This document shows, one piece after another, positions 48,501 through 58,629 of a stretch of DNA of 64,000 bases. Numbering within the stretch: the stretch's first letter is position 1; every line of letters begins with the position of its first letter. Below the pieces are notes generated by a model. The model did not search any database, was not told the origin of the DNA, and was given only the letters and a program-made list of their open reading frames with translations. A program made the translations under genes and the position numbers. The DNA comes from a virus: IMG/VR virus record IMGVR_UViG_3300006735_000025, positions 1 to 64,000 of that record, one strand, 5' to 3'.

Positions 48501-51500
48501 AGGGCTTAAAACATTAGTACCAGTTACAATATTATTTGTTACGTCAATAAGTCTTGGCCAAAGACCTAGTGTTATTTCCGTATTGTTTAACCCTGGTATT
48601 ATATTACCATCATGTGTAAAATCATAAAACCCAAAAGCGTTTGAGTATCCAGGGTCTACATAAAATCTATCACAAGATATATTACCATCTTCACCCATAT
48701 TGGTAGTTGGGTCACCACCTAATCCTACAAACATACTTTCTTCAATTGGTTGGGCTATGTTAGTTTTATAGTTCCACCAAATAGAACCCAATTTTAAGAC
48801 AAAAGAATATGGTAACTCATGATAACCAGCTAATTGTTTAATTAATTGTGCGACATAACCACCGTATTGATTTTTATTATTAAATTCTTTTATAACCTTT
48901 TCTAAAGTACTAGATAAGGGTAGTGAATTTAAAAATAAATAAGATGCTTCAACATATGGGTCAGTAGTTGATGTTGTCTCTTTTGTATTTGCTTTATAAA
49001 TCGCGTTTGCAAACCAAGGTGTGTTTAGCATGGACACACACTGTTTTAAAGTAGAAGCATTATTTATACCTTCTGTTAGAGGTTGTAAGAGTATATCTTG
49101 TTCTGTGGTATCATAATACTCAACCCAATCTGTTTCTAGGGTAAACGTTTTTATAACATCTAATTGGTCTGGTTTGGTCATTATACCAAAATTACCATAT
49201 TTGTCACTTTCCCAATTTAGGTTTGAAAAAAATAGTTTGTGATTTTCTGTACCGTAAACGTTTGTTTGGGGTTGTATTCCCAACTCGTCTATTTGAAAAA
49301 AGTCTGAACCTGAAGCTATGCTATCACTATCAGCTAACCTATATCTAACACCACCATTAGTATAGTTAAATGGATAAAAATCGAAAAAAGCATCATTTGA
49401 TTTTTTACTTTCTAAATACAAACTAATGTACTTACCATATTCACCATTACTTGTATATTTTTCTTTTATACTTGTTGTTGGGTATAGTCCGAAGTTTGTA
49501 CCAGTTATATTATTGTTATTTACTCTATTATTTATGTAAGGTGTGTTTATAAAACTAGATTTGTCCCATAATAAAAATTTATCTGGTGATGTAGATTTTA
49601 ACATCTCTATTACTTTATCATAATCTAAACCGTTATCCTTAAAAAACTCTGATAGTTTTAAATTTTCTTTAATAGCAAATTCTAAATTTTTACTATCGTT
49701 GGTGGCTGCTTGTATTATTGTGTCGGATAATTGTTGTGGTTTTCCTAGTTGGTACCCGGTTACCCCAACATAGTTGGTGAAATCTTCAGCTCTATCAATT
49801 ATTTCCCATAATAAATTAAATTTTGTTCTTAGTTGGTTTGTATTTTTATAAGCTTCATTGTTAAATGGAAACTCTCTAACCGATATGGGTGTTACTTCAA
49901 TAAATTTAGTTTCGTTACTTATTGGTGTTGGTGCCTCATTTTTTCTAGTTAAAACAGATTTTGTATATTCCTCTATAAACTCAACTTCTGGCCATATCTT
50001 TTTACTATAAGCTTTTGTGATAGATAGACTACCAGCTGCACCAGGATATTTTAATACTAGTTTATTTTCCTGGTCATCAAACTCATAATACTGAGGCCAA
50101 GGAAATACAGTTGTTTCACCCTTTACAGCGTCTTTGTAACTTTGTTTATCAGTAATTACAGCTTTTATTCTATCAGGATTATTTCTTTGTTCAAAAGCGT
50201 CAGTATGTACTTTATCTAAAATCCTTAAATAAGTGTCTACACCAGCCATAACTATAGCTGTTAAATTTCTAATGGTAGGGTTTATTGTTAAACTTTCTTT
50301 AAATACTTTATTTAGTTTTTTAGTTACTTCATCCTGTATTTCATTATAATTTTTTTCAAACTCCTCTAAAACTCTAGTAAAAACACCACCAAAACTTTTA
50401 GGGGTATCATCTAAAACATACCAACCTTGTTCTGGTACTTCATTTATATTTTTAGCGTTATTACTTCTAGCTCTTTGATTTTCAACTTTAAAATCTTTTA
50501 CTAAATTTACAGAACCAGGTCCTTGATTTAAACCGAAAGTTTGATTTTCACCTAGTATTTTTTTGTAACCTTCTATAATATACTCTAATTTAGATTCGGC
50601 ATCTTGTATATATTCAGTTGTTGTTTCTTTTAATTTAAAAGCTCTAGCTACAATTTTTTTACCATCACCAGTAGAAGAACCCACACTAACATCTAGTAAT
50701 ATTTCAGAACTTTTATCTATATAATTTTCCACCCAACCATTGGTACCAAAAATAGAATTATAGAATGTTTTAAGTTTTTCTTGGTACAATTTTTGGTCGT
50801 TTGTAAACTCTAAATCTACTTTTTTAAAATTTTTCTTTAAATTATCTGTAAAGGTTTCTACTTTACCTATTAATTCAAAGATTGTTAAGTGTGGAAAATT
50901 TTGAGGAATTAATTCAAGTTCTTTGTATATCCCATATACTTCATCCATAATTTTTCTACCGTAACCTTTTTGTTCTGAATCTTCATTACCGGAAATTTGT
51001 GTTGTGGTAGGATATAAATATGGAGCTAACATAGCCTGTTGTAGGTTTATATCATTTAGTAAAGCTATATGATTACCTATAAAATTACAGGTAACATTAT
51101 AATCACCAGAATTACTATCAAAATTAGCCTTAAAGTTTGTTAAAGCTAATTGATACTTTACAGCTTGTCCGTAATATCCTTTGACCGTTAATTCAAATTG
51201 TGGGTATGGTAAGTGAAAAAATGCTGTATAAGGTGTGTTGGTTTCTGCCTGTTCAAATAATGTTTTACCCCTTACATCTACAAATGTTATAGTTACTTCT
51301 GGAACAAAAGAAGAACTTATTTTAATGTCTATATTTTTTATCCCAAATCCTTGAAAATCATTTTTATTTTCTATGGTTTTAGAAATAAAGGTTTGTCCTC
51401 TTTCGTTTGTTTCTTCTTGTCTTTTTATCTTATTAATTGAAGGGTCTGTAAATCCTTCGGTCCAATCACTATCCAATGATTTTTTACCTACTGGTTTTAA

Positions 51501-51755
51501 AAAATTAATTTCACCATCAAACAAATCCACCTTTACTCCAGTGTCAGAAGCTCCTTTACCAACTATTAATTTAGACCTAGGAATAACTCTAGCCACCAAA
51601 TTAATATAAATTACCAAATCTTCATGCCTAACTAATCGGTCTTCAATACTTTGACCATTAGCACTTGTTATTTTATTAGGGTCTATTAAAACTAGATTGT
51701 CACAAATTTGTTCAACATATACCTTTTCACTTGAGTTAATAATTTCATCTGCCAT
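45528..51755 (-). CDS. Baseplate hub-like protein with a C-terminal M23 peptidase (tail-associated peptidoglycan hydrolase, 2075 aa)
   Basis: The C-terminal HKGID...GYGN...AH...GTTGNSTGTHLHYE is an M23 metallopeptidase. MGNALIQP...FSGPYLIMDVNHSI...STTFTG resembles the end of gp27/gpD hub proteins. Confidence 0.8.
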   Translation of the reverse strand: MADEIINSSEKVYVEQICDNLVLIDPNKITSANGQSIEDRLVRHEDLVIYINLVARVIPRSKLIVGKGASDTGVKVDLFDGEINFLKPVGKKSLDSDWTEGFTDPSINKIKRQEETNERGQTFISKTIENKNDFQGFGIKNIDIKISSSFVPEVTITFVDVRGKTLFEQAETNTPYTAFFHLPYPQFELTVKGYYGQAVKYQLALTNFKANFDSNSGDYNVTCNFIGNHIALLNDINLQQAMLAPYLYPTTTQISGNEDSEQKGYGRKIMDEVYGIYKELELIPQNFPHLTIFELIGKVETFTDNLKKNFKKVDLEFTNDQKLYQEKLKTFYNSIFGTNGWVENYIDKSSEILLDVSVGSSTGDGKKIVARAFKLKETTTEYIQDAESKLEYIIEGYKKILGENQTFGLNQGPGSVNLVKDFKVENQRARSNNAKNINEVPEQGWYVLDDTPKSFGGVFTRVLEEFEKNYNEIQDEVTKKLNKVFKESLTINPTIRNLTAIVMAGVDTYLRILDKVHTDAFEQRNNPDRIKAVITDKQSYKDAVKGETTVFPWPQYYEFDDQENKLVLKYPGAAGSLSITKAYSKKIWPEVEFIEEYTKSVLTRKNEAPTPISNETKFIEVTPISVREFPFNNEAYKNTNQLRTKFNLLWEIIDRAEDFTNYVGVTGYQLGKPQQLSDTIIQAATNDSKNLEFAIKENLKLSEFFKDNGLDYDKVIEMLKSTSPDKFLLWDKSSFINTPYINNRVNNNNITGTNFGLYPTTSIKEKYTSNGEYGKYISLYLESKKSNDAFFDFYPFNYTNGGVRYRLADSDSIASGSDFFQIDELGIQPQTNVYGTENHKLFFSNLNWESDKYGNFGIMTKPDQLDVIKTFTLETDWVEYYDTTEQDILLQPLTEGINNASTLKQCVSMLNTPWFANAIYKANTKETTSTTDPYVEASYLFLNSLPLSSTLEKVIKEFNNKNQYGGYVAQLIKQLAGYHELPYSFVLKLGSIWWNYKTNIAQPIEESMFVGLGGDPTTNMGEDGNISCDRFYVDPGYSNAFGFYDFTHDGNIIPGLNNTEITLGLWPRLIDVTNNIVTGTNVLSPVGSWVPTPTLQNNFINSFQLEIQKEENLSFDKGGISYNFYTTFADSATIGNAGIKDVDATTDPYYILYPSIGSLVNTDLSFMGDNINTAGFDGSARFLWAGAGYGAFDVNNVGTPGSYGAIYGWVPPSSYMKKINKSLSEQEAWNINPGSNYDGFDELLSVFPSQVLDEFEKQFLNFSQSQNPDSSIVEGRYNNFKSIFKDFMVLKKSEVESENPIATTEELSKSQYKKFLSVCRIFLNQSVIYKHGSVNGFDITVTPSTTPSTADTTSTLSLIDYMMGSNDGLNLVKFDNSVLSPTPSFTFAISQYVYPREYISFANTDFNRITKICFDFFKEYDISHTLVYQFAPILKLYVTSTEQNSPGGNVGMGKSNFDTALDNIFGAVKQTTELYTNTFLKAISKIDPFKALNESSTTTNDDSEDQRPKIVADNLKLELYQVFKTFNDKWISGTKVQGDDVNTTRGVSSSVAFHNTVMERFMFLDNANRDIGNEAIVDIYLFLGLDTPFTAEPSTSVKQTIAGFMSHMCSVNYFNFIPLPSYVNFYNMQGNNTQAQGDTMFGAFKEVDTTKSSPKYLCQYIGPPSTSLDIKSFNYGYNNDSFVLNRVSPNPLCGPIPNTEKERQLSNKVMAFAVDFGIPNQNVFESIALDQSEFPNTSEAFRIMEDMGKMASGSKVSTNSLNLFNLYKSRSYKCQVTSMGNALIQPTTYFQLRYVPMFSGPYLIMDVNHSITPNDMSTTFTGVRVGITSLPKVTDMLATIQDKLLKQFDELEETVSTNKVDTELDEFNLTEKEFDDGVMDSESDISTLDFPIQDPVDINKILTPEPTQAFWARRKTKKGISMHKGIDYQPKLEFEGTNVDIVAPVSGIITKKVSGCVAGSTEKAKSCGGGYGNVIYIDKVLIKQTDTTGWVEGAISRYQFRLAHIKENTITGVGETEGITKGVKIGVMGTTGNSTGTHLHYEIRKYVINKNLGENEIFLNPNNFNSEYLKEEKTV

Positions 51756-52062
51756 AATATAAGAAATATTTATCTAATTCACTTTTGTAGTCTTGTAGAC
51801 TAACAGTTAATGGAAATGGTACTCTTATAACTCTACCGTCTTTGATGTTCCACTCTTGACCACCATATTCAGGATTAGCTTGTAATATTAACCAGCCAAA
51901 ATATGGTGTATTATAAACTTGTTGTGATATTTTATCTAATCTACTTCTACCAGTCTTGTAAACCAAATACTTATCAGAACTTTTTTTAGGTATTGTTATT
52001 AAAGGTACAGTTTTGGTTTCACCATTAATACTAAAATCTTTATATCTATTGTAATATGACAT
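51745..52062 (-). CDS. LysM-like baseplate protein (gp53 / P2 gpX-like)
   Basis: RLDKISQQVYNTPYFGWLILQANP...G-x-x-IRVP. Confidence 0.75.
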   Translation of the reverse strand: MSYYNRYKDFSINGETKTVPLITIPKKSSDKYLVYKTGRSRLDKISQQVYNTPYFGWLILQANPEYGGQEWNIKDGRVIRVPFPLTVSLQDYKSELDKYFLYYGR

Positions 52063-52063
52063 T

Positions 52064-53158
52064 TTAAGTTATACTTATGTTTTTTGTTATTTTTAAATTA
52101 TAACTACTATTATTGGTACCCATTATAGTAGAATCGTAAAACCTCCTCACTAATGATAACTCACTATTGGTTTGTGTAAAGTTAACTTCGAAACTATCTA
52201 CAGCTTTAGGTGTGCCTTTTAATTGTTTTAACTTACTAGGTAGTTCTGTTTTTTCAAAATAATTCCTATATTTTTTTGTATCATAATTTAATAAGGTTAT
52301 TCCAAATTTTAATAAATTTGTTTTATAAGTTTCTACAATTTCTTTTTTAATACCATCACTATATTTTGTTCTAGATTTTGTTAGGTCTTTAATTAATTGA
52401 TTTGACCTAAGTGATGTTAATTTTTCAGCATACTCATAACGAGTATGTGAATCCATATACCTAATTATATCTTCACTCATTAATTTATCAATAAAAAATA
52501 AGTATTCGTTTGGGTATGGTAGTTTATTTGTATATTCTGGAGTTACTGAACCGTATGCGTTTGAACAAAAAATTTCTAAAGTTTCAGAAGTAGCCGAGAC
52601 TTCCGATATTAAATTAGTAGTACTTGTTCCTGTTGTTAAATTAAAGCTAACTAAACCATTATTAGAACTACCTGTTAAGTAACCACCTACACTAGAAGAA
52701 ATTAAATTTAGTTTATCTATTGAGTTTGTTAGTTGTAATTGTCTATCTCTTAATTCAATTAAAAACTCTAAAAATAATCCTCGTAAATCTACCCAAGAAC
52801 TTTTTACGTATTTTAATAAAACTTTTTTAACATATTCTCTATCTTCAGTATTGGCCCCAAAAGGTAATTCTTGTTGTATACCTGTTGTTTGTGCTGTTAT
52901 AGAATTTGTTAGTTCTAAATATTTCTCATCTATTCTTTTTAATGATTCTTTTGGAAATCCTACAAGGTTTGGGTTGGTGTCCATTATGTTACCCCACTCA
53001 TAACTAACATACCTAAACGATTCCTCTAAAACTCCATGTCCTTTTTTTGTATATAAATCTATAAAACCTGTATTGATAAATTCACTATAATTTTTGGCAT
53101 TAGTTAAAAATGTATTATATAGTACTTTGTATTTTGTTTCTCCAGTTAATAATGCCAT
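52064..53158 (-). CDS. Hypothetical protein (364 aa, predicted helical)
   Basis: Coupled to the upstream gene by a TAATG overlap; no motif recognised. Confidence 0.55.
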   Translation of the reverse strand: MALLTGETKYKVLYNTFLTNAKNYSEFINTGFIDLYTKKGHGVLEESFRYVSYEWGNIMDTNPNLVGFPKESLKRIDEKYLELTNSITAQTTGIQQELPFGANTEDREYVKKVLLKYVKSSWVDLRGLFLEFLIELRDRQLQLTNSIDKLNLISSSVGGYLTGSSNNGLVSFNLTTGTSTTNLISEVSATSETLEIFCSNAYGSVTPEYTNKLPYPNEYLFFIDKLMSEDIIRYMDSHTRYEYAEKLTSLRSNQLIKDLTKSRTKYSDGIKKEIVETYKTNLLKFGITLLNYDTKKYRNYFEKTELPSKLKQLKGTPKAVDSFEVNFTQTNSELSLVRRFYDSTIMGTNNSSYNLKITKNISIT

Positions 53159-56100
53159 TACTCAGTTTCTTCTAAATGTCCTTGTTTATTTGTTTCACCA
53201 GTTTCACCCATAGAAGCGTCCGTACCACCTTCTGGATTTTTAAAGAAGTTTTGGAAATCTTCAGCTACTTCAGATGGTGTTTTAAATGAATCGAAATCTG
53301 AAACCGGTACTTTTTGTGCTCTTTCATCGTATAATTCTGTATTCGCAAAATAACTAAATGATAATGCATTTTGTAATTCACTAACAGGACCATCCAATCC
53401 TTGACCACCAATAAATTTAAAGTTTGTTTGTACACTAACTATCATTGGTTGTACCCCTATACCTTCTGGATTTAAATCTAAAAGGTTTTCATCGTAACTA
53501 AAACTTATAGAATCAAAAACAACTTTAGAATGGTAAAAATCACCAATCCTTAATACACATACTGGTGGTGGTCCAAAAGCCGTATTATCAGCGTCAACCA
53601 TGGTAGTTCCTTGTTCTGTCACTGTAGGTATGGTTTTTCCAGGTCTTAAACATTGTTGTAAAAATGTTAGTCTAGAATTTAACCCCTCAGGTGTTATAGC
53701 GTGGAAAGCTGGATGGAAAAACTTTAAATTATCTCTTAGTGATTGATATATAAATGGATATTGTTCTCTTAAAAATGTAAAGTAGTTGGATTCTCCTAGT
53801 AGTTTTCTAATTATACTAGTAATTGTAGCTTTCTTATCTGTGTAACCAATTCTAAACCCACCATTAACAGTCCCTTGATTAACATTGTCAACATTTAAGT
53901 GTCCATTTTCAGCATCCTTATTTTGATTATTTTCAATTTGTTGTGCCTGTTCTTCAGTTAAGTGACCACCCATATCTGTTTCAGAGGATAAATTATCTAA
54001 AACAGTATTGTTTTGGTCGGCATTATAATCATCTGTAACATCTTTTGACCCACCAGCTAACGACACTTGTACTTGATTTAAAAATTCGAAACTTAAGTTA
54101 GGGTATTGTTCTGCTAGTTGGTATATGTCGTACTTTCTACACCCAGCAAAAAAGGCCTCTAAAATAGCATCGGCTTCCGCGTCTGGCATACCTTTTAATT
54201 GTGTATCTATTATAGAATTTAATATAGATGGGTGGTCAACTACTATTTTCCAAGAAAGAGTACCTAATCTTTCCGTATGGTTATAAGTGTATATTGGTTC
54301 TGTTCTTCCTAGGAAATTTGTTGGACTCCAACTAGTAGAATTAGTATCACCAACTTGTATATCATATGGTGGGAACCACATTATCCTACCACCATTAGGT
54401 CCTTTTTCTGAAGCCGGTAATTTTGTATGTTCACTTGTTCCTCTCCAAGATAAATTTTCAACAGAAAACATATATTTTTTAACTTTAGTCCCATCTGGCA
54501 TTGTTGTGGACTTACCACCATCTAAATTTGTAGGTGCTATATTTAAATTAAATGTAGAATCTAAAACAGAATCTGTATTTTTCCACATGTTACCACCACT
54601 TCTAACTAAATCTTTATATCTGGTATATGGTCTATCTTTAGTCCAAGCTCTACAATATTCCACACAATTCCAAACTACTTCACCAGGTATAAAGTCAACA
54701 ACTCTAGAACCTTTGGATATATTTTTATATCCGTCATTAAAAATTTTGGATACCTGGTCTATAGCGTTACCCGCGTGTTTCCATTTTGCACCCCCAAATG
54801 GTGGTGCTGAATCCATTAAATTTTGTGTATAATCTAATAAACCACCTTTCTTTTTTGGTTTTAAATCAGACCTTGTGGAAAAGAACATCATAGACGAGTC
54901 TATCGACTGTACTGAATTTTTTCCAAACCAAGTAAACCCACCTTCAATTGTTCCACCATCTATGGTAGCTTTACCCAAAGAACCTATTTGATAGTATCTC
55001 CATAGAGCTCTACCGTCTACATTATCAAATTCTTTATAAACTTCTGATGGACCATAAACTAAAGCTCTGATTTCTCTACCAAAAACATCTTTAGGTGTTG
55101 CTTCAATAGGTGATTGTATTAAACCTGGTTCTGTATTTTTACTACCCACATAGTAATATGAAAGTGGTGCTTTTACTGATGGGTCTACCTGTGCTCTAGT
55201 ATAATCTGGTCTGTAGATGTTATAATTAAGATTATTAAATAGTAAAGATTGTTGGTCTTTACCCATATACTCTATAAACTTATCTGATGGTGCGGGTACA
55301 CTTAATGGTGTGTTAGGTAATGGGTTAGAGTTTGCTATCCCATTCCATATAGAATTTAATATCGCTGAAGCTTGACCGGCCATAGTTACTTGAGCTATGT
55401 TATTAGCTCCTTGTCCAGCGATACTATTAATATCTAATGGTGTAACCGGTAAAAAATAATTACCTGGTATAGGTGATTCTACTGAAAATACACCTTCTAG
55501 TCTAGATAGGTAATCTGATTTTGGTGGTATTAAAGCTCCTGGTGATGTTGTTAGGTTTGAAGTGGCGGAACCTTCGTCACTAATGTCAAAATCAAATTGA
55601 GCTATATTATAACCTAAATTATCTTTTAAATAAGGAAATGATGATTTTATTAGGATTGAGTCATCTAGGACCATTGAATTTACAGTAACTAGGTTTCCAT
55701 TATTACTAGTTACTGATTGTAATACTTCTATAGCTGTGTAGTTTGAGTAGGAAAAGTTATCAAATGAAATTCCAGGTTTAAATCCTTGTGGTTGTAGAGT
55801 ATTAGGGCTTATATATTCTAACTGAGCTTCACTAACTAAATTTACAACATTAACTGAAAGTGGGTTACCGTAACCTGTTTGAGGACCATACTTGTTTACT
55901 AAAAATTGTGTTTCTTTTAATGGTATTCCATTAGTATCTGTAACTTCTTCAGGTAATGGAGAATCTGTTACTGATTTCCAAACTTGTGAAGATACTACAA
56001 CACTACCGGGTTGTTGGTCACCATTAGGTGGTATAGGATTACCTCTATCTAGATACGAACCATCTAAATTTCTAGCTAGTAAAGCTTCCCTAATTCTTTG

Positions 56101-56175
56101 TGTACCCAAAAGTGAAATGTTAAAGTCTCCTTGGGTGAATGGGTAGTTTTTTCCTGTATTTTTACCTATTGACAT
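53158..56175 (-). CDS. Baseplate hub / tube-initiator-like protein (1005 aa)
   Basis: Lies between the tape measure and the LysM gene. W-x4-FLGRTEPIYTYNHTER and PPVCVLRIGDFY...SISFSY resemble tube-fold baseplate proteins. Confidence 0.6.
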   Translation of the reverse strand: MSIGKNTGKNYPFTQGDFNISLLGTQRIREALLARNLDGSYLDRGNPIPPNGDQQPGSVVVSSQVWKSVTDSPLPEEVTDTNGIPLKETQFLVNKYGPQTGYGNPLSVNVVNLVSEAQLEYISPNTLQPQGFKPGISFDNFSYSNYTAIEVLQSVTSNNGNLVTVNSMVLDDSILIKSSFPYLKDNLGYNIAQFDFDISDEGSATSNLTTSPGALIPPKSDYLSRLEGVFSVESPIPGNYFLPVTPLDINSIAGQGANNIAQVTMAGQASAILNSIWNGIANSNPLPNTPLSVPAPSDKFIEYMGKDQQSLLFNNLNYNIYRPDYTRAQVDPSVKAPLSYYYVGSKNTEPGLIQSPIEATPKDVFGREIRALVYGPSEVYKEFDNVDGRALWRYYQIGSLGKATIDGGTIEGGFTWFGKNSVQSIDSSMMFFSTRSDLKPKKKGGLLDYTQNLMDSAPPFGGAKWKHAGNAIDQVSKIFNDGYKNISKGSRVVDFIPGEVVWNCVEYCRAWTKDRPYTRYKDLVRSGGNMWKNTDSVLDSTFNLNIAPTNLDGGKSTTMPDGTKVKKYMFSVENLSWRGTSEHTKLPASEKGPNGGRIMWFPPYDIQVGDTNSTSWSPTNFLGRTEPIYTYNHTERLGTLSWKIVVDHPSILNSIIDTQLKGMPDAEADAILEAFFAGCRKYDIYQLAEQYPNLSFEFLNQVQVSLAGGSKDVTDDYNADQNNTVLDNLSSETDMGGHLTEEQAQQIENNQNKDAENGHLNVDNVNQGTVNGGFRIGYTDKKATITSIIRKLLGESNYFTFLREQYPFIYQSLRDNLKFFHPAFHAITPEGLNSRLTFLQQCLRPGKTIPTVTEQGTTMVDADNTAFGPPPVCVLRIGDFYHSKVVFDSISFSYDENLLDLNPEGIGVQPMIVSVQTNFKFIGGQGLDGPVSELQNALSFSYFANTELYDERAQKVPVSDFDSFKTPSEVAEDFQNFFKNPEGGTDASMGETGETNKQGHLEETE

Positions 56176-56215
56176 AATTTAAACGGTTTATTATAAATAG
56201 TTTATCTAACCATTT

Positions 56216-58405
56216 CTAGCTAGGGGTTGTAGATTTTGAACCGCTTTGACTAACACCTAAAGCAATTTCATCAAATAATGGTGGTAGTACTTCTCTAACT
56301 TGGTTTGGTGTTAATCTTATTGTATTACCATCATACCTTATTTCTAATGGTGAAAAAACAACTTTTACCTCACCACTATCTGACATATTTTGATTGTTTG
56401 TATTTACTGTGTTATTTACATAATTGTTTATTAATTCTTGACCTTCTGGTGTATTTTGTAAATAATTCTCTATTTCTTTTGGGTTTGACATGTCCATCGC
56501 GGTAGGTTCTAAACCACCACCATAATATAAACCTCCAGTTGCTGGGTTACTAGTTCTTTTTTCAAAATCCTCTTGTGAACCTTTAAAAGCACCACTTATC
56601 GCCTTACCAGTAGCTTCATTAGCTACATTACCAATCATACCACCAGAACTTTCTAACAAAGAAGCTAAATCTTTACCACCTATTATAGTACCACTTAATA
56701 ACTCATCACCTAATCCAGATTTTGCGATTTGACTAGCTAATTCCGAAGCTGATGTTCCTAGGACACCACTTGCTGCGGCTTCTGTTAAAAGATTTTGTAT
56801 AATAGCTGTATTCGCCGCCATACCTTCTTGTACGGTAAGTTGTGCTTTATTAACAGCGTCTAAGTCCATCGCATCTTTTTCAGATTGTGTCCTTAGTTTA
56901 TCCATAATACCACCTTGCATGTTACCTTCTAAAGCTATTTGTTCTTGTAACTGACTAAAAGATAAGTCGTCACCCATGTCTCCTAATTTCACACTAAATG
57001 TTCCATCAGGTTGTATATCAGCCATAGAGGCTATTAATTCTTTATCTTGTTGACTAAGTTCTGGTATCCCACCTAATTTACCAATTGCTTGAGTTCTTTT
57101 AGCTGCTTTAATTGCTGTTTCAGCGAGATTAGTATAATCTTGTCCGGTAGCGTCAGCTACGGCTTTTAACCTCATTCTTTCTCCTGGTGATATTCCAAAT
57201 TCACCAGTTTCTTTATTAAATGTTACAGCACTTTCTGCTGTTTTTACAATCGCGTCTTTTAAACCTTCAACATCATTTTGAGCCATATACATTAACTGGA
57301 ATGGGTCCAGTAATTCACTAGCGGCTCCACCAATCATTTGTAGTTTAGCTGCCATATCTATCGCACCTTCAGGTGTAAACGCTTTATCAGCCATCACCAT
57401 AACATTTTCAAAATTATAACCCAGTACTTGGGATTCTGCGACCATCTTAGTTAAACCATCAACACCGTTTTTAAATCCGTAAGTATTAATTTTAGCTATA
57501 TTTTGTTGTACTTTTGGGAGAAGTTTTGATACTGTGGCACCATACCTACCAGCTGTAGCTACAGCTCTATTAGTTGTTTCGGTAGCCTCTATAGCTCCAA
57601 CACCAATTTTATCAAATTCACTAATAACATTGGCCATATCTATGTTATATAATTCCTCAAGTTTTGTTGCATTAACTAAGGCCTCTTTAGGTATTAAAAA
57701 TGCTCTACCTGTTTCTTGACTGACCCCCTGTAAAACTTTATAAACATCGTTAGCTGTTAAAGCAAAACCAGCTAATTCTTTACTTGCGTCTGTTATACTC
57801 AATATAATATCATCCATGAAGATTTCATCCATCCCCATTTCTTTGATGATACCTTTACGCATACTGTCCGTAAGTGATAAAATATCTAGGTAGGCCTCCA
57901 TAGACCCTCTTGCTTTTGCACCAGCACCACCTTCACTTAAACCAACAAGAGATTGTATCATACCCATCGTATCTCTAAGTGTTAAATCTGCTTGACTTCT
58001 TTGTTTACTTAATTCTAATAATACATTTTGACTTTCACCTAAAAGGTCATAATCTCTATACGGTGTATCACTACCAGTAGACCCTTTAGTATAACCTTCC
58101 TTTCTTAAGACTTTTTCAAATTCAGATTTATCAATTCTAACCTCATCACCATTACTATCTTGAAAAACAACATCAGCAAATGAAGGTATTGGGTTTTTAA
58201 CTCCTAATTTTTTAGCTAATGATAGAGATAGTGGGTTACCTTTTTTCCCTAATTTTTTAATGGATTTAACCCTAGATGGATAATCGGGTTCGTCATAAGT
58301 GTTAAACACACCTAAAGGCACTCCTAATTCTGGGTGGGAAGCTAGATAAGGTTTTCCTTTGGATAGAAAACTCTCTATTTTAAGTTGTAAAGATAATTTA
58401 TACAT
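56216..58405 (-). CDS. Tape measure protein (729 aa)
   Basis: Ala/Gly/Met-rich helical composition; position immediately after the tail tube and chaperone genes. Confidence 0.75.
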   Translation of the reverse strand: MYKLSLQLKIESFLSKGKPYLASHPELGVPLGVFNTYDEPDYPSRVKSIKKLGKKGNPLSLSLAKKLGVKNPIPSFADVVFQDSNGDEVRIDKSEFEKVLRKEGYTKGSTGSDTPYRDYDLLGESQNVLLELSKQRSQADLTLRDTMGMIQSLVGLSEGGAGAKARGSMEAYLDILSLTDSMRKGIIKEMGMDEIFMDDIILSITDASKELAGFALTANDVYKVLQGVSQETGRAFLIPKEALVNATKLEELYNIDMANVISEFDKIGVGAIEATETTNRAVATAGRYGATVSKLLPKVQQNIAKINTYGFKNGVDGLTKMVAESQVLGYNFENVMVMADKAFTPEGAIDMAAKLQMIGGAASELLDPFQLMYMAQNDVEGLKDAIVKTAESAVTFNKETGEFGISPGERMRLKAVADATGQDYTNLAETAIKAAKRTQAIGKLGGIPELSQQDKELIASMADIQPDGTFSVKLGDMGDDLSFSQLQEQIALEGNMQGGIMDKLRTQSEKDAMDLDAVNKAQLTVQEGMAANTAIIQNLLTEAAASGVLGTSASELASQIAKSGLGDELLSGTIIGGKDLASLLESSGGMIGNVANEATGKAISGAFKGSQEDFEKRTSNPATGGLYYGGGLEPTAMDMSNPKEIENYLQNTPEGQELINNYVNNTVNTNNQNMSDSGEVKVVFSPLEIRYDGNTIRLTPNQVREVLPPLFDEIALGVSQSGSKSTTPS

Positions 58406-58428
58406 ACATTTGTTTGTATATAAATATT

Positions 58429-58629
58429 TTATCTTTTGTTTTTGTTTCTAGCTGTCTCTATTGCTTGATTTCTTTGTTGGATTTCTTCTGAAAATTTGTT
58501 AAGGTAGAACCTTCTTTCGAATATTGGCATTTTTAAAATGTCTTCTCTGGTAAAATTAAAGTTTTTAGTTAGGTAGTAAATCTCTTCCAACAGGGCATAC
58601 CTATAGCCCGAAGAAAGGACGAAAAAAGT
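58429..58629 (-). CDS. Tail assembly chaperone extension in the +1 frame, absent from the ORF track
   Basis: Open frame of 66 codons (TFFVLSSGYRYALLEEIYYLTKNFNFTREDILKMPIFERRFYLNKFSEEIQQRNQAIETARNKNKR*). It overlaps the end of the chaperone gene and fills the gap before the tape measure gene; MP-x-x-ERR-x-YL is typical of such segments. Confidence 0.75.
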   Translation of the reverse strand, partial: TFFVLSSGYRYALLEEIYYLTKNFNFTREDILKMPIFERRFYLNKFSEEIQQRNQAIETARNKNKR

